Virus record (IMG/VR): IMGVR_UViG_3300037151_000077
Location: 1 to 52,233 of that record
DNA: 52,233 nt
Direction: 5' to 3' (one strand)
Origin: a virus
Lineage: Duplodnaviria > Caudoviricetes
Of the stretch, positions 16,338-26,526 are shown piece after piece. A program made the translations under genes and the position numbers. Under the pieces are notes generated by a model. It ran no database searches. It saw nothing but the letters and a program-made list of their open reading frames with translations, and had not been told where the DNA came from. Numbering within the stretch: the first letter of the stretch is position 1; the number at the start of each line of letters is the position of its first letter.

Positions 16338-18166
16338 AAACAGATGCTTCGCCACATGTCACTTCATCGCATCGCTACATCGCTGCTGTTCTTGACGGGA
16401 GCATTCCTTCCTGCAAGTGGGTGCGTCTCGCCTGCGAACGTCAGCTCCGCGATCTCAAGCAATCTGAAGACGAAGCTTTTCCGTATCGATTCGACAACGC
16501 TGCAGCAGAGAAGGTTTGCAGATTCGTTGAACTCAGTCCACACATTAAAGGTAAGCGGTTTGCCGGCCAGCTCATCCATCTCGAAGACTGGCAATGCTTC
16601 ATTCTCACCACGGTTTTCGGATGGCTCCACAAATTCACCAAGCTCCGTCGTTTCCGCCGGGCTTATTCGGAGATCGCGAAGGGAAACGGGAAATCCGCAC
16701 TCACGTCGGCCGTATCGAACTACATGGCCTTTGCAGAAGGCGAGCCCGGGGCTGAGGTCTACTCGGCAGCGACCAATCGAGACCAGGCTAAGGTGGTCTG
16801 GTCCGTATCCCACGCCATGCTTCGTGCGATGCCGGACTTCTGCGAACGCGCCGGCGTCCATCCAGCTGCGCACTCGATCGATCAGATTGCCACAAACTCT
16901 TTCTTCCGCGCGCTCAGTCAAGATGCCAACTCAGCCGAAGGGAAGATCCCCTATTTCGTCTGCGTCGACGAGCTCCACGCCCATCCTACCCGCGACCTCT
17001 ACGACAACCTCGACACTGCGAATGGCAAGCGCGACGGATCTCTGCTCTGGGCAATCACCACGGCCGGCAGCGATCGCGCCGGGATCTGCTACGAGGTCCG
17101 CAGCTACATCCTCAAGATTCTTGAATGCGTCGTACAGGACGACTCTGTCTTTGGAATCGTTTACACCATCGACGATGAGGACGAATGGTTCGCGGGCCCG
17201 GAAGTGTGGCGCAAAGCGAATCCGAACTGGGGCATCTCCGTCGACCCCTTCGAAATCGGAACGAAGATCCAGCGCGCGCTTCAGGTCAGCAGCTCTCAGC
17301 CTACGATCCAGACCAAGCACCTTAATAAATGGGTCAATGCCGATCACGCATGGATGGACATGCAGCGCTGGGCGAAATGCGCAGACGCTGCGCTCGAGGA
17401 AACCGCTTTCTCCGGGAAGCAGTCCATCCTCGGTCTCGATCTTGCTTCCAAGCTCGATCTCCTCGCCAAGCTCAAACTGTTCTGGAAAGACATTCCGCTC
17501 ACCGTCGCAACTGAATCGTGCGGGCAGGGCCAGTGCGACGCGAAAGATTGCAAGAATGTCGCCCTTCTTTTTCGCACCAGCAACGCAAAACACATCTGCG
17601 AGACTCACCGCAACCGGATCCTCGAGCACAAAACCTCGAAGCGTCATTACTACGCCTTTGGTGATTACTGGACTCCCGAGGAACGAGTCGAAAAGTCCGC
17701 GAATTCGCAATATAAGGGATGGGTCATCGATGAACACCTTCACACCTGCCCGGGCGAGACAAATGATTACGACATAGTAGAGGACTCGATCCGCGCCGAC
17801 TGCCGAGAGTTCGAGGTTCTCGAAGTTGCACACGATCAGTACCAGGCCGTGACCCTCGTGAATCACCTGGGACCCGAGGGAATCGTGATGGTCGAGGTCC
17901 CGCAGCTTCCGAAGTACCTTTCGGAACCGATGAAGGAACTCGAGGCCGCAGTCTATGACGGCCGCTTCCACTTCGACGGCGACCCGGTTCTTACCTGGGC
18001 GGTTTCAAACGTTGTCTGTCATCGCGATAAAAACGACAACTTGTTCCCGACAAAAGAGACTTACGACAAAAAGATCGATCCTGTGACGGCTCTTCTCACT
18101 GCGCTCAACCGCGTTATGGCCACACCCGACAGTGACGGCGGCGACGCGAAGTTTGTCTTTATCTAG
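16301..18166 (+). CDS. terL: Terminase large subunit
   Basis: Walker A IAKGNGKS, Walker B CVDELH, ITTAG, LGLDLASKLD, KIDPVTA; start uncertain (frame open from 16157). Confidence 0.95.
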   Translation: MGRIRAACEDAVETDASPHVTSSHRYIAAVLDGSIPSCKWVRLACERQLRDLKQSEDEAFPYRFDNAAAEKVCRFVELSPHIKGKRFAGQLIHLEDWQCFILTTVFGWLHKFTKLRRFRRAYSEIAKGNGKSALTSAVSNYMAFAEGEPGAEVYSAATNRDQAKVVWSVSHAMLRAMPDFCERAGVHPAAHSIDQIATNSFFRALSQDANSAEGKIPYFVCVDELHAHPTRDLYDNLDTANGKRDGSLLWAITTAGSDRAGICYEVRSYILKILECVVQDDSVFGIVYTIDDEDEWFAGPEVWRKANPNWGISVDPFEIGTKIQRALQVSSSQPTIQTKHLNKWVNADHAWMDMQRWAKCADAALEETAFSGKQSILGLDLASKLDLLAKLKLFWKDIPLTVATESCGQGQCDAKDCKNVALLFRTSNAKHICETHRNRILEHKTSKRHYYAFGDYWTPEERVEKSANSQYKGWVIDEHLHTCPGETNDYDIVEDSIRADCREFEVLEVAHDQYQAVTLVNHLGPEGIVMVEVPQLPKYLSEPMKELEAAVYDGRFHFDGDPVLTWAVSNVVCHRDKNDNLFPTKETYDKKIDPVTALLTALNRVMATPDSDGGDAKFVFI

Positions 18167-18173
18167 GTCCTCT

Positions 18174-18335
18174 ATGAACCGATTCACCACGATTTCCGCT
18201 CTTCTCGGCTTTGGACTGCTCGTCGCCGGCGCGGGCTGGATCTATTGGCCCGCGGCGCCGATCGTTGCCGGAGTGCTTTTGCTTGTCGCCGCGCATGGTT
18301 CGATGCGCATGCCTACCGCACCTCACGAAAACTAA
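18174..18335 (+). CDS. Small membrane protein between terL and portal
   Basis: GFGLLVAGAGWIYWPAAPIVAGVLLL; common at this position in HK97-like phages. Confidence 0.75.
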   Translation: MNRFTTISALLGFGLLVAGAGWIYWPAAPIVAGVLLLVAAHGSMRMPTAPHEN

Positions 18336-20114
18336 ATGCCAAAAACCTTATCTGTACGCCGTGCGTTCAGCCAGTTCATCGGGAGCGCCGTTGGCTTTCG
18401 CGCCGATGCCGGGCTTGGAATTGTTGGCTCACCTTCGCCCGACTCCGATTACTGGTATCACGGTGTCGGGCAACGCAGCGCCGCCGGTCCTAATGTGTCC
18501 GCTGGTAGCGCTATTCGCCTGGCGGCCGTGTTTGCGTGTACCCGAGTTTGCGCGGAGACGCTCAGCTCGCTTCCGATTGCCATCTATCGCGAACTAAAGA
18601 GCGGAGGCCGCGAACCGGCGAAAGATCATCCAGCGCAGCAACTGTTTCTCGAACCAAATCCGTGGCAAACGGGCATGGAGTTTTTCGAGATGATGCAGGC
18701 CCACCTCGAACTCCGAGGCAATGCCTATGCGCTGAAAGTTACTGGCAACGGGCGGGCGATCGATCAGCTCATCCCGCTGCATCCGGATCGAGTACGGGTC
18801 TACTTATTGCCAGACAACCGGCTCCGCTATGAAGTGACGGCCTATTCCTCAGGGCAAATTGACCGTTACTCCCAGGATGAAATTCTGCATCTTCGCGGTT
18901 GGACCATGGACGGCATCATGGGCATGAGTACGATCAGTGCCGGCGCCGAAGTAATTGGCGTGGGACTCGCGCAACAGCAACATCGCGCCAGCTATTTCCG
19001 CAATAATGCCGTGCCGGGACTTGCTGTCGAGGGTCCCAAGGTAAATCCCGAGGCGGAGGAGTTAATGCGCAATTCCCTCTCCGAGGGATTCAACGGTGCG
19101 AACTCGTTCAAGGCGATGATCGTACCTCCGGGCAGGACGGTCAAAGTACTTGGGCTGACGAACAAAGATTCGCAGCTGATTGAGGCCTCCGGAGCCACAC
19201 GCACGGAGATCGCGGGAATGTTTCGCGTCCCGCCACACAAGATCGGCGATCTCTCTAGAGGTACGTTTTCCAACATCGAGCAACAAAATATCGAGTTCGC
19301 AACCGACTGCATGCGGCCGCGCATCGTGAGATTCGAACGGCGGCTGGATCGCGACATCGTAGCGTCGCTCGGTGCGTACGAATCGGCATCTGGTGAGTAT
19401 TTCGTCACCTTCGCCATGGACGCCCTCTTCCGCGGCGACATGAAGAGCCGATACGAGGCGTACCAGCTCGGATGTCAGACTTGGCTGATCCGCAATGAAG
19501 CGCGTGCTGCCGAGGGGTTAAACCCAATCGACGGATTCGACGAGCCGCTGGTGCCGGTCAACATGGAAACCGTCAGCCAGGCGCAGAAGCGGAGCGACGC
19601 AAATATCGCGGCGAAGACGTCTCCCGACGACACGCCGGACGATGCCGTGACGGAAAATAACATGGATGACGCCGGCGGATCGCCAGAAACGCCGGGACCT
19701 GTCGACACCATCGAGGACGAACAGAACGCGCGGCTAGTCGACACAAAACTCCGCGCGCTCGCGATTGCCTCTGCCAGCCGCATCGTGCGCAGAGAAGTGA
19801 AAGGGCTGACACGTCTTCTCGATCGCGGGCTTGGCTCGAATGATCACAACCAGGAGCAGCTGAATCGCGAGGTCATGCAGTTTTACGAGCTGCTGGCTCC
19901 AGTCATCGCCGATGCCATGGTGCTCCCATTGGCTAGGGCCACAGATTATTGCCGAGGGCATGCTGGGCTGATTACGGGCGCAAAAACGGGCGCCATCCCG
20001 ATGCTCATCGACGTTTTTGAAGAAGAAGAACCCGCCGCCCTGGCCGATCTAGTGATGGGCGAACGGCGAGAGACAAAAAAACCGAAATCCGAAAGAGGAG
20101 TCCTGATCTCATGA
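18336..20114 (+). CDS. HK97-family portal protein with C-terminal extension
   Basis: AVFACTRVCAETLSSLP, PNPWQT, LRGNAY, EIAGMFRVPPHKIG, FSNIEQQ, NEARAAEGLNPIDG. Confidence 0.95.
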   Translation: MPKTLSVRRAFSQFIGSAVGFRADAGLGIVGSPSPDSDYWYHGVGQRSAAGPNVSAGSAIRLAAVFACTRVCAETLSSLPIAIYRELKSGGREPAKDHPAQQLFLEPNPWQTGMEFFEMMQAHLELRGNAYALKVTGNGRAIDQLIPLHPDRVRVYLLPDNRLRYEVTAYSSGQIDRYSQDEILHLRGWTMDGIMGMSTISAGAEVIGVGLAQQQHRASYFRNNAVPGLAVEGPKVNPEAEELMRNSLSEGFNGANSFKAMIVPPGRTVKVLGLTNKDSQLIEASGATRTEIAGMFRVPPHKIGDLSRGTFSNIEQQNIEFATDCMRPRIVRFERRLDRDIVASLGAYESASGEYFVTFAMDALFRGDMKSRYEAYQLGCQTWLIRNEARAAEGLNPIDGFDEPLVPVNMETVSQAQKRSDANIAAKTSPDDTPDDAVTENNMDDAGGSPETPGPVDTIEDEQNARLVDTKLRALAIASASRIVRREVKGLTRLLDRGLGSNDHNQEQLNREVMQFYELLAPVIADAMVLPLARATDYCRGHAGLITGAKTGAIPMLIDVFEEEEPAALADLVMGERRETKKPKSERGVLIS

Positions 20115-21394
20115 AATACGCACGCATTGTTGCCGAATTCTACCGAACCGAGTGGGCTCTCCGCGAAGAAACATGTTTCGCAATGCAAGAACTTATCCGG
20201 CTGCAGGCCTTCGAAGGCCTGAAGTGGACGGCTGAGGAAATTCGCGAACGCATCGAAGCGGCCAATTCCGCTAATGGATACGCGCAGGAACATGTGCTTG
20301 GCCCTTACTTCGTCGCGGGCGAAGGTCTCTGCACATCGATGCAGGCAGCCAACGGCAAGCGCGCTTCGGCGGCGCCCGGGAGCGTGGCCGTCATTCCCGT
20401 GTACGGAATTATTTCCCAGCGCATGAACATGATGTCCCAGATCTCCGGCGCCGGCGGAACCTCGATCGAGAAACTGACCGCACAATTTCGCCAGGCCCTC
20501 GGGGATACGAACTGCAAAGCCATCGTGTTCGATGTGGATTCACCCGGGGGAAGCGTCAACGGCGTAATGGAGCTGGCTACCGAGATCTTCAACGCTCGCG
20601 CCCAGAAGCCGATTACCGCGGTCGTGAACTCCATGGCTTGTAGCGCAGCCTATTGGTTGGCCTCGGCGGCGAGCGACGTCGTCTGCAGCCCTAGCGGGCA
20701 GGCCGGATCGATCGGCGTTTTCATGATTCACCAGGACGCCTCCGAGGCCTATGCCAAAGAGGGAATCAAGAACACGATCATCAAGGCTGGGAAGTACAAG
20801 ACCGAAGGCAACCCGTATGAGCCTTTGTCCGACGACGCGCGAGCGGCTCTGCTCTCGAGTGTGGAGGGCTATTACAGCATGTTCGTGAAAGCCGTGGCGC
20901 AAAACCGCGGAGCCACACAGGCGGCAGTTCGCGACGGCTTTGGCCAGGGCCGCAGTGTGCTCGCAACCGATGCGGTGAAACAGGACCTCGTCGACCGCGT
21001 GGGAACCATGGATGATGTTCTCGGAAAATACGGCGTGAAACCGGGCTCCTCCTCCTCCTCGATGGCGGCGGCCGAGGTTCAGCCAGACCCCGAAACGGAC
21101 GCGCCCGTTCCTACGAGTCGTGGAGAAAAACTCGCCGCTCGTATCAAAGCCGACGACGAGCTGGACGAAAATGACTCGCCATGCGGCTGTGATGCCCTCG
21201 GCGGGAAGAATTGCAAAGCCTGCCAGGCCTGCGAAAACGAAGACGCAGCGGACAAAGCTGACAACGAAATAGGCTGTGCCTGCGGCTGTGATGCCTGCAA
21301 GGCCTGCGAGGGTAAGGCGGAAGATATGGCTTCAGCTCGAGCACAGGCGGCCGTAAATATGGGCCGCCGGCGAAGACAGCTGCATCTTTTGTAA
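20111..21394 (+). CDS. S49 (SppA-like) prohead protease with Cys-rich tail
   Basis: DVDSPGG, ACSAAYWLAS, GSIGV, AGKYK. Confidence 0.92.
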   Translation: MKYARIVAEFYRTEWALREETCFAMQELIRLQAFEGLKWTAEEIRERIEAANSANGYAQEHVLGPYFVAGEGLCTSMQAANGKRASAAPGSVAVIPVYGIISQRMNMMSQISGAGGTSIEKLTAQFRQALGDTNCKAIVFDVDSPGGSVNGVMELATEIFNARAQKPITAVVNSMACSAAYWLASAASDVVCSPSGQAGSIGVFMIHQDASEAYAKEGIKNTIIKAGKYKTEGNPYEPLSDDARAALLSSVEGYYSMFVKAVAQNRGATQAAVRDGFGQGRSVLATDAVKQDLVDRVGTMDDVLGKYGVKPGSSSSSMAAAEVQPDPETDAPVPTSRGEKLAARIKADDELDENDSPCGCDALGGKNCKACQACENEDAADKADNEIGCACGCDACKACEGKAEDMASARAQAAVNMGRRRRQLHLL

Positions 21395-21420
21395 TCGCCT
21401 GAACAATTCAATTTTTCAAG

Positions 21421-21450
21421 GCTCCGACTGCCGACGCAGCGGGGCTTTTC
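21421..21450 (+). terminator. Putative intrinsic terminator
   Basis: GCTCCG..CTGC/GCAG..CGGGGC stem followed by TTTT. Confidence 0.5.
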
Positions 21451-21534
21451 TATTGCAGCAAAACCGCGGCTTCCAATCCATCGATTGAACGGTCTCCGGC
21501 GCTCTACCGAACAAAATTCGCAAGGAGACATCCA

Positions 21535-22980
21535 ATGAAAACGATAAGCATTGATGCCATCCGCCAGCGCAAGGTCGAAGTCGAGGCCAAAATCGCGGGC
21601 GTGATCGAAGCAAACCAGAAGCTGTATGACACTGCCAGCGCGGCAGGGCGCGATCTGACGGCGGACGAAGCCGGCCAGTTCGATGCCAACACTGCTTCCA
21701 TGAAGCCCTTGAAGGCCGAACTGGGCCGCCAGGACTTTTTCCTCACCGAAATCGCGAGCAAACTCGAACGCGAGAGAAACACGCCCGGCGTTGTTGTCCT
21801 TCCGGACGGCAAAACCGCTGCGGACCCGAAAGCGCGCAAGGACGGTTTCCGTTCCTTTGGCGAGCATTTGCAGTCTGTGGCGATGGCGGGACGCGGCGCA
21901 CGTCCGGATCCGCGCCTCATGTTCGGCGAACTCGACAGCCAGGGCAACTTCAAGGCTGCGGGCGGCTCCGATGGCGCCATGAACGAAGGCGTTCCTTCCG
22001 AGGGCGGGTTCCTGGTGGGTGCGGATTCGAGCGAGAAGATTTACCAACGCACCTATTCGACGGGCTCGATCGTCAGCAAGTGCCAACGTCAACCGATCAG
22101 CGCGGCTTCGAACCGCCTAAAGCTGAAAGTTGTCGACGAAGATTCACGTGCGGATGGCAGTCGTATGGGTGGAGTTTTGGCCTTCTGGCAGAACGAAGCA
22201 GATACGTTCCTGTCCAGCCGTCCGAAGTTTCGCCAGATCGAACTGGCCCTCAATAAGCTGACGGCCCTGGTTTACGCCACGGACGAACTGCTCGAGGATT
22301 CGGCCGCTTTGGAAGCTTGGATCATGAGCAACCTGCCGACCGAACTCAACTTCCGGTTGGAAGATGCGATCTTCAACGGAACCGGCGTCGGACAGCCCGA
22401 TGGAATTCTAAATTCCCAGGCGCTGCTCTCGCTGACTCCGGGCAACACCGCCACCGTGGTCACTGCTACGGATGTTCTGGCGATGTGGTCGCGCTTCTGG
22501 CATCCAGGGCTGCAAGGCTCCATTGCCGGTATCTCCACCGAGAACCTCACTGCCGGCAGCGTGGGCGGACAGCCCGGCGCAGCCTGGTTCATCGATCAGA
22601 GCGTAATTCCTCAGCTCTTCTCGATGACTTTGGGCAGCGGAACCGCGGTAATTCTGCTCTATCATCCGCCCGGGTACATGGGCTTGCCTGGTCAGTACGG
22701 CCAGTTGCTCGGACTGCCGGTGATCCCGACCGAACACAATGCCGCGTTGGGCACGGTCGGCGACATCGTCCTCGCCGACATGTCGCAATATCTGCTCGCG
22801 GACAAGGGCGCGGTGCAAGCGGCCGCTTCCATGCATGTTCGTTTCGTCTATGACGAAATGACGTTCCGCTTCACTTACAGGGCAGACGGAGAGACCACCT
22901 GGAAAAAGCCTTTGACCCCGAAGAACGGCGGCAACACGCTCTCGCCGTTCCTCGCACTGGCCAGCGGCGCCAACCGGTAA
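21535..22980 (+). CDS. HK97-fold major capsid protein
   Basis: N-terminal delta-like coiled coil, EGGFLV, ATDELLEDS, AIFNGTGVGQPDGIL, LLGLPV. Confidence 0.95.
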   Translation: MKTISIDAIRQRKVEVEAKIAGVIEANQKLYDTASAAGRDLTADEAGQFDANTASMKPLKAELGRQDFFLTEIASKLERERNTPGVVVLPDGKTAADPKARKDGFRSFGEHLQSVAMAGRGARPDPRLMFGELDSQGNFKAAGGSDGAMNEGVPSEGGFLVGADSSEKIYQRTYSTGSIVSKCQRQPISAASNRLKLKVVDEDSRADGSRMGGVLAFWQNEADTFLSSRPKFRQIELALNKLTALVYATDELLEDSAALEAWIMSNLPTELNFRLEDAIFNGTGVGQPDGILNSQALLSLTPGNTATVVTATDVLAMWSRFWHPGLQGSIAGISTENLTAGSVGGQPGAAWFIDQSVIPQLFSMTLGSGTAVILLYHPPGYMGLPGQYGQLLGLPVIPTEHNAALGTVGDIVLADMSQYLLADKGAVQAAASMHVRFVYDEMTFRFTYRADGETTWKKPLTPKNGGNTLSPFLALASGANR

Positions 22981-22998
22981 CTCATTCGTTCGTTTCCG

Positions 22999-23024
22999 TA
23001 GGGGGAGAAAGCATTCTCCCCCTA
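22999..23024 (+). terminator. Perfect 11-bp stem-loop after capsid gene
   Basis: TAGGGGGAGAA-AGCA-TTCTCCCCCTA; no downstream U-tract, so it may be an mRNA stabiliser. Confidence 0.5.
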
Positions 23025-23066
23025 TCTCACCTCACAAAAAATTTCAGATCCAAGGAGATCATCACC

Positions 23067-23585
23067 ATGAACGGATTCAACGTTTCAGAAGCCGGGCACG
23101 TTGTACAGGTCATCATTCCCGCGAGCATCTCGGGTGGAGTGATTGGCCAGGCTTTCTCGATGGCCAACTACAAGCACGCCTCGATCATCATCTCGATCGG
23201 AGCGCAAGCTGCCCAGGCCACTAAAATTATTCTCAGCGTGGGCACCGCGACTGCCGCACAAGGCACAGCGGTCGCCAACGTAACCGCTATCCCCTTCAAC
23301 CTCTACAAACAGGAAAGCGCAAGCGCCGACGTCCTCACCGCGATCAATAACATCGTGGCGGCGGGCTATCAGCCTTCTGCGACCGCCGACATCTTCTATG
23401 TCATCGAGATCGATGCCAACGAACTGGAAGCGACCCTGGCGGGAGCTTTGACCGGCACTGACGGTCAATTCAACTACCTGCAGCTTTCCATCACCAACGG
23501 AGCCAATGCTGACTTCGTTTCCGCTGTCGCAATTCTTTCCGGTTCGCGCTATGCCGAGGCACAAAGCCCCACGGCGATCGCGTAA
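23067..23585 (+). CDS. Virion structural protein (possible head decoration)
   Basis: AAGGAG RBS, follows capsid, beta-rich composition. Confidence 0.65.
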   Translation: MNGFNVSEAGHVVQVIIPASISGGVIGQAFSMANYKHASIIISIGAQAAQATKIILSVGTATAAQGTAVANVTAIPFNLYKQESASADVLTAINNIVAAGYQPSATADIFYVIEIDANELEATLAGALTGTDGQFNYLQLSITNGANADFVSAVAILSGSRYAEAQSPTAIA

Positions 23586-23681
23586 GGAAAAGAAGCACCT
23601 TGGCGAATTGGCCTTCAGCTCCGCGGAGAACCTGCCCGGAGCTGGAGGCTGATCAGCTAAACGAAGAGAGGGTTTCCAAAA

Positions 23682-23924
23682 ATGCTTATACGAATGATCG
23701 ACGGCCGCGATGACGGCGAAGTGAAGGAATTTTCTTTCGACGATGCGCAGGCGCTGCTGAAAACCGGCAAGGCGCAACCCGTCAATTTCAACGAAGCGGA
23801 TCCTCTTGCGAAACGCATCGAGGTCGCGGAAGTCCCGACAGATCGAGTCGAGCCCGTGGTAGTGGCGCGGGCGGCGGAGCCTGTTGCGAAGTTTCTGGCA
23901 AAAAAGCGCTTCGGACGGACGTAA
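23682..23924 (+). CDS. Hypothetical head-associated protein
   Basis: Small ORF between head and neck genes. Confidence 0.65.
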   Translation: MLIRMIDGRDDGEVKEFSFDDAQALLKTGKAQPVNFNEADPLAKRIEVAEVPTDRVEPVVVARAAEPVAKFLAKKRFGRT

Positions 23925-23951
23925 GCTGAAGCTAAGTTGGGCCTGGCCAAG

Positions 23952-24323
23952 ATGTTCAACAGAACCTACCAGCTGCGAGCACTTAAGCAGGGTAAAGAAG
24001 AGGCGCGCGATGCCAGTCTATGTTTGCCCTGGGCGGGAATTTTCCGTCCGCGCGAGGCCTGGCGATCGCTGGTCGTCGTGGCCGCGGCGGCGGAGAAGGT
24101 GGAGTCTCGGCAAACCTTCTATCGTCCGAAAAAGACACTTCGTGCTGGGAAAAAGAAACGCAGTAATCGGCTGCAGGGCACGCAACTGGATCTGTTTCCC
24201 GACAATGGTGCTCAAGAATTTACAGGGGCGTCAAATTTTTACAGGCCGGTGAAGAATTTCACGCCGGATCCCAGCCGTCCCTTGCTCGATGTGTTCCCCG
24301 AGGCCTACCCAGAAATCAAATAA
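23952..24323 (+). CDS. Hypothetical basic protein
   Basis: Fills the gap; weak start signals. Confidence 0.4.
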   Translation: MFNRTYQLRALKQGKEEARDASLCLPWAGIFRPREAWRSLVVVAAAAEKVESRQTFYRPKKTLRAGKKKRSNRLQGTQLDLFPDNGAQEFTGASNFYRPVKNFTPDPSRPLLDVFPEAYPEIK

Positions 24324-24433
24324 AAGTTTCGCCATAGAGACGCGGAGGCAGGGAGAGCGGCGACAGCTTCTCATCCCTCACTGCCTCCACGTGTCCGTGG
24401 CGAAGCATCTGCCGTTAACAGCCAAAACAAAAT

Positions 24434-25675
24434 ATGAATTCCATCGTCCGCACCGCCACCATCTCCGCTGAGCCCGTCTCGCTCGCCTCCATGAAGAACT
24501 GGCTGCGCGTGCCGATTACGGTCACGAATGACGACGTCGATATCGCCGACCTCATCACGGAAGCGCGCACGCATTGCGAGCTGCTGACGAACTGCGCTCT
24601 GGTGCGCTCGACCTTCGTGCAATATCTCGATCACTTTCCAGGCTCGGGAAGCCGCGAATACGATTCTTTCGGGAATGGCGGCATTCGGGGCTCTGGTCAC
24701 GATGGCTATGGAACGGACAGTCATCATCGCTGGCATGGCGAGATTAAGATCAAACGGCCGCCGCTCGTCTCCGTCGAGAGCATCTGGTTTATCGGCACCG
24801 ACGGGCGCCCTTATACCCTGAATCCCGGGCAGGATTTTATCGTCGACGTTGCGAGTCAGCCTGGACGGATCCGGCCGATTCCTTTCACGGTATGGCCGCT
24901 GACGCTTCATGTACCAGCTGCGATCGCCATTCGTCTCACCGCCGGCTATGCTCCAAACAGCGACGGCGTTCTGGCGGGCCAGACGGCGATCAGTGAGCCG
25001 GAAACCGCGACCTCGGCGCTCAACCAGACGTGGGAACCTTCGCAGACCGTTCCGCAGTATGCCTTCCAGGTCGACGAAAACAACAATATCTGGATTCAGA
25101 CGACGAGCCCGAGCGGAGTTACGGGGTCCGGAGCTCGGCCGAATTTCGAAGCCGTGGCGATCGGTGGAACTCTCGCGGGAGATGGCACGGCAAACTGGTC
25201 GAATTGCGGTCCATTGCGAGGCTTTTGGACGCCCGGCACTCCCTATGTGGGTTTGAAGCAGTGCGTCATTCTCGATTTCAACAGCAACCTGCAGCTCTTG
25301 AACGTTGCTTCGCTGATTAGTCAGACGAACGCTCCCTACTCGCTGCAGCTTGTGGGCATGGAGCCGCTGCCCTGGTCGACGATGCTCGCCGGCCTCACCG
25401 CGGATAACGGCGTCGCCGCAGCCTGGCTCTGTCTCGGACCTTACAAAGGCCTCGGCAACAGCGGGCTCGTGAGTCCAAATTCCCCCGAGCAGCAAGCCGC
25501 CGTCACCGTCGATTGGACGCTGCCCAAAACCGTGAGCCGGGCGATCAAGGTCCTGGTTACGCACTGGTATCGCAACCGCGAGCCGGTGACGCAGGGCTCG
25601 GTCAGCAAGGTTCCTCTGCACGTCGAAGACATGCTCGGCTGCGTCACGATTCACGATTTCGCGCCAACGCCATAA
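24434..25675 (+). CDS. Head-tail connector (HK97 gp6-like) with large insertion
   Basis: EPVSLASMKNWLRV at the N-terminus; LPKTVSRAIKVLVTHWYRNRE at the C-terminus. Confidence 0.85.
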   Translation: MNSIVRTATISAEPVSLASMKNWLRVPITVTNDDVDIADLITEARTHCELLTNCALVRSTFVQYLDHFPGSGSREYDSFGNGGIRGSGHDGYGTDSHHRWHGEIKIKRPPLVSVESIWFIGTDGRPYTLNPGQDFIVDVASQPGRIRPIPFTVWPLTLHVPAAIAIRLTAGYAPNSDGVLAGQTAISEPETATSALNQTWEPSQTVPQYAFQVDENNNIWIQTTSPSGVTGSGARPNFEAVAIGGTLAGDGTANWSNCGPLRGFWTPGTPYVGLKQCVILDFNSNLQLLNVASLISQTNAPYSLQLVGMEPLPWSTMLAGLTADNGVAAAWLCLGPYKGLGNSGLVSPNSPEQQAAVTVDWTLPKTVSRAIKVLVTHWYRNREPVTQGSVSKVPLHVEDMLGCVTIHDFAPTP

Positions 25676-25681
25676 AAACAA

Positions 25682-26515
25682 ATGCCTCTGAAAACCATCA
25701 ACGGCTATCAGCCGGTAGGCTCGCTCGATCGCCAGGTCGATATCTGGGACCAGCCGCCGAATCTGATGCCCGTGCTTGTTGTCGCCGGCGTCTGGGCGTC
25801 GATCGTCACCATTCCAAATACGACGCAGTCGCCGATATCGCCCGAGCTGGGTCAGAAGCAAGTTTGGCCGCGTCTGGTGGGCCAGGATGTCTCGCAGGTC
25901 GCGCACACCGTCACGATCGGCTACATGCCCGGCCTGCTGAGCCGGATGTTTCTCATCTACAACGATCCCGACAACGGCGCGCGCCGCTTCGATATCGATC
26001 ACTTCGTGGATCCGGACGAGCACAAGATGGAGCTGAGAATTCTCGCCATCGAACGCAAGGACGGCTCGGATGTTTTCGATGCCATGCTGAACACGACGGC
26101 CGACATTATGACCCGCGACACCTCGGCTGGAGACGCGCGTGGCATGTCGAATCCCGCTTTTACGACCATCGCCACGGGCATCGCAGTTCGAGTAGCCGAG
26201 GGCAATGAAGTTCCGCGCGGCAAGGAGCTGCTGGCGAAGGCGAAGATTGCCGTCGCCTATCGCGAGGTCTTCATGCGTCCCTGGTATCTCGATCAATCGC
26301 CCGATGGCTCATCCTTTCCTTTTTGGGTCTCGGGCGGGACGACTTACAACACCATGCCGCTGACGCACGATCACTGGATGCTGATCCCGTCCGCGACGGC
26401 AAAGAACGCGAACAACCAGGCGACGCCGGGCGCGATGTACGACATCTTCGACATCGACGATCCCGGAAAGACCCATCATCACCTCGAAATCTGGAGCCGC
26501 CTGGTCCTTGTCTAG
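25682..26515 (+). CDS. Head closure/stopper protein (SPP1 gp16-like), apparently two tandem domains
   Basis: GSLDRQVDI...VWASI...RRFDIDHFVDPDE..MELRI, then a second domain ending YDIFDIDDPG..HHLEI. Confidence 0.7.
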   Translation: MPLKTINGYQPVGSLDRQVDIWDQPPNLMPVLVVAGVWASIVTIPNTTQSPISPELGQKQVWPRLVGQDVSQVAHTVTIGYMPGLLSRMFLIYNDPDNGARRFDIDHFVDPDEHKMELRILAIERKDGSDVFDAMLNTTADIMTRDTSAGDARGMSNPAFTTIATGIAVRVAEGNEVPRGKELLAKAKIAVAYREVFMRPWYLDQSPDGSSFPFWVSGGTTYNTMPLTHDHWMLIPSATAKNANNQATPGAMYDIFDIDDPGKTHHHLEIWSRLVLV

Positions 26516-26526
26516 ATGGCGTCTAG

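Noticed and set aside
17490-17640. Possible intein in TerL
   Set aside because: Too short and lacks C/S...HN-C/S/T splice motifs.
16344-17777. 477-aa alternative-frame ORF over terL
   Set aside because: Ser/Arg/Thr-rich with no motifs; typical shadow of GC-biased codon usage.
24371-26296. 641-aa antisense ORF
   Set aside because: Antisense shadow of the neck genes, with no recognisable domain.
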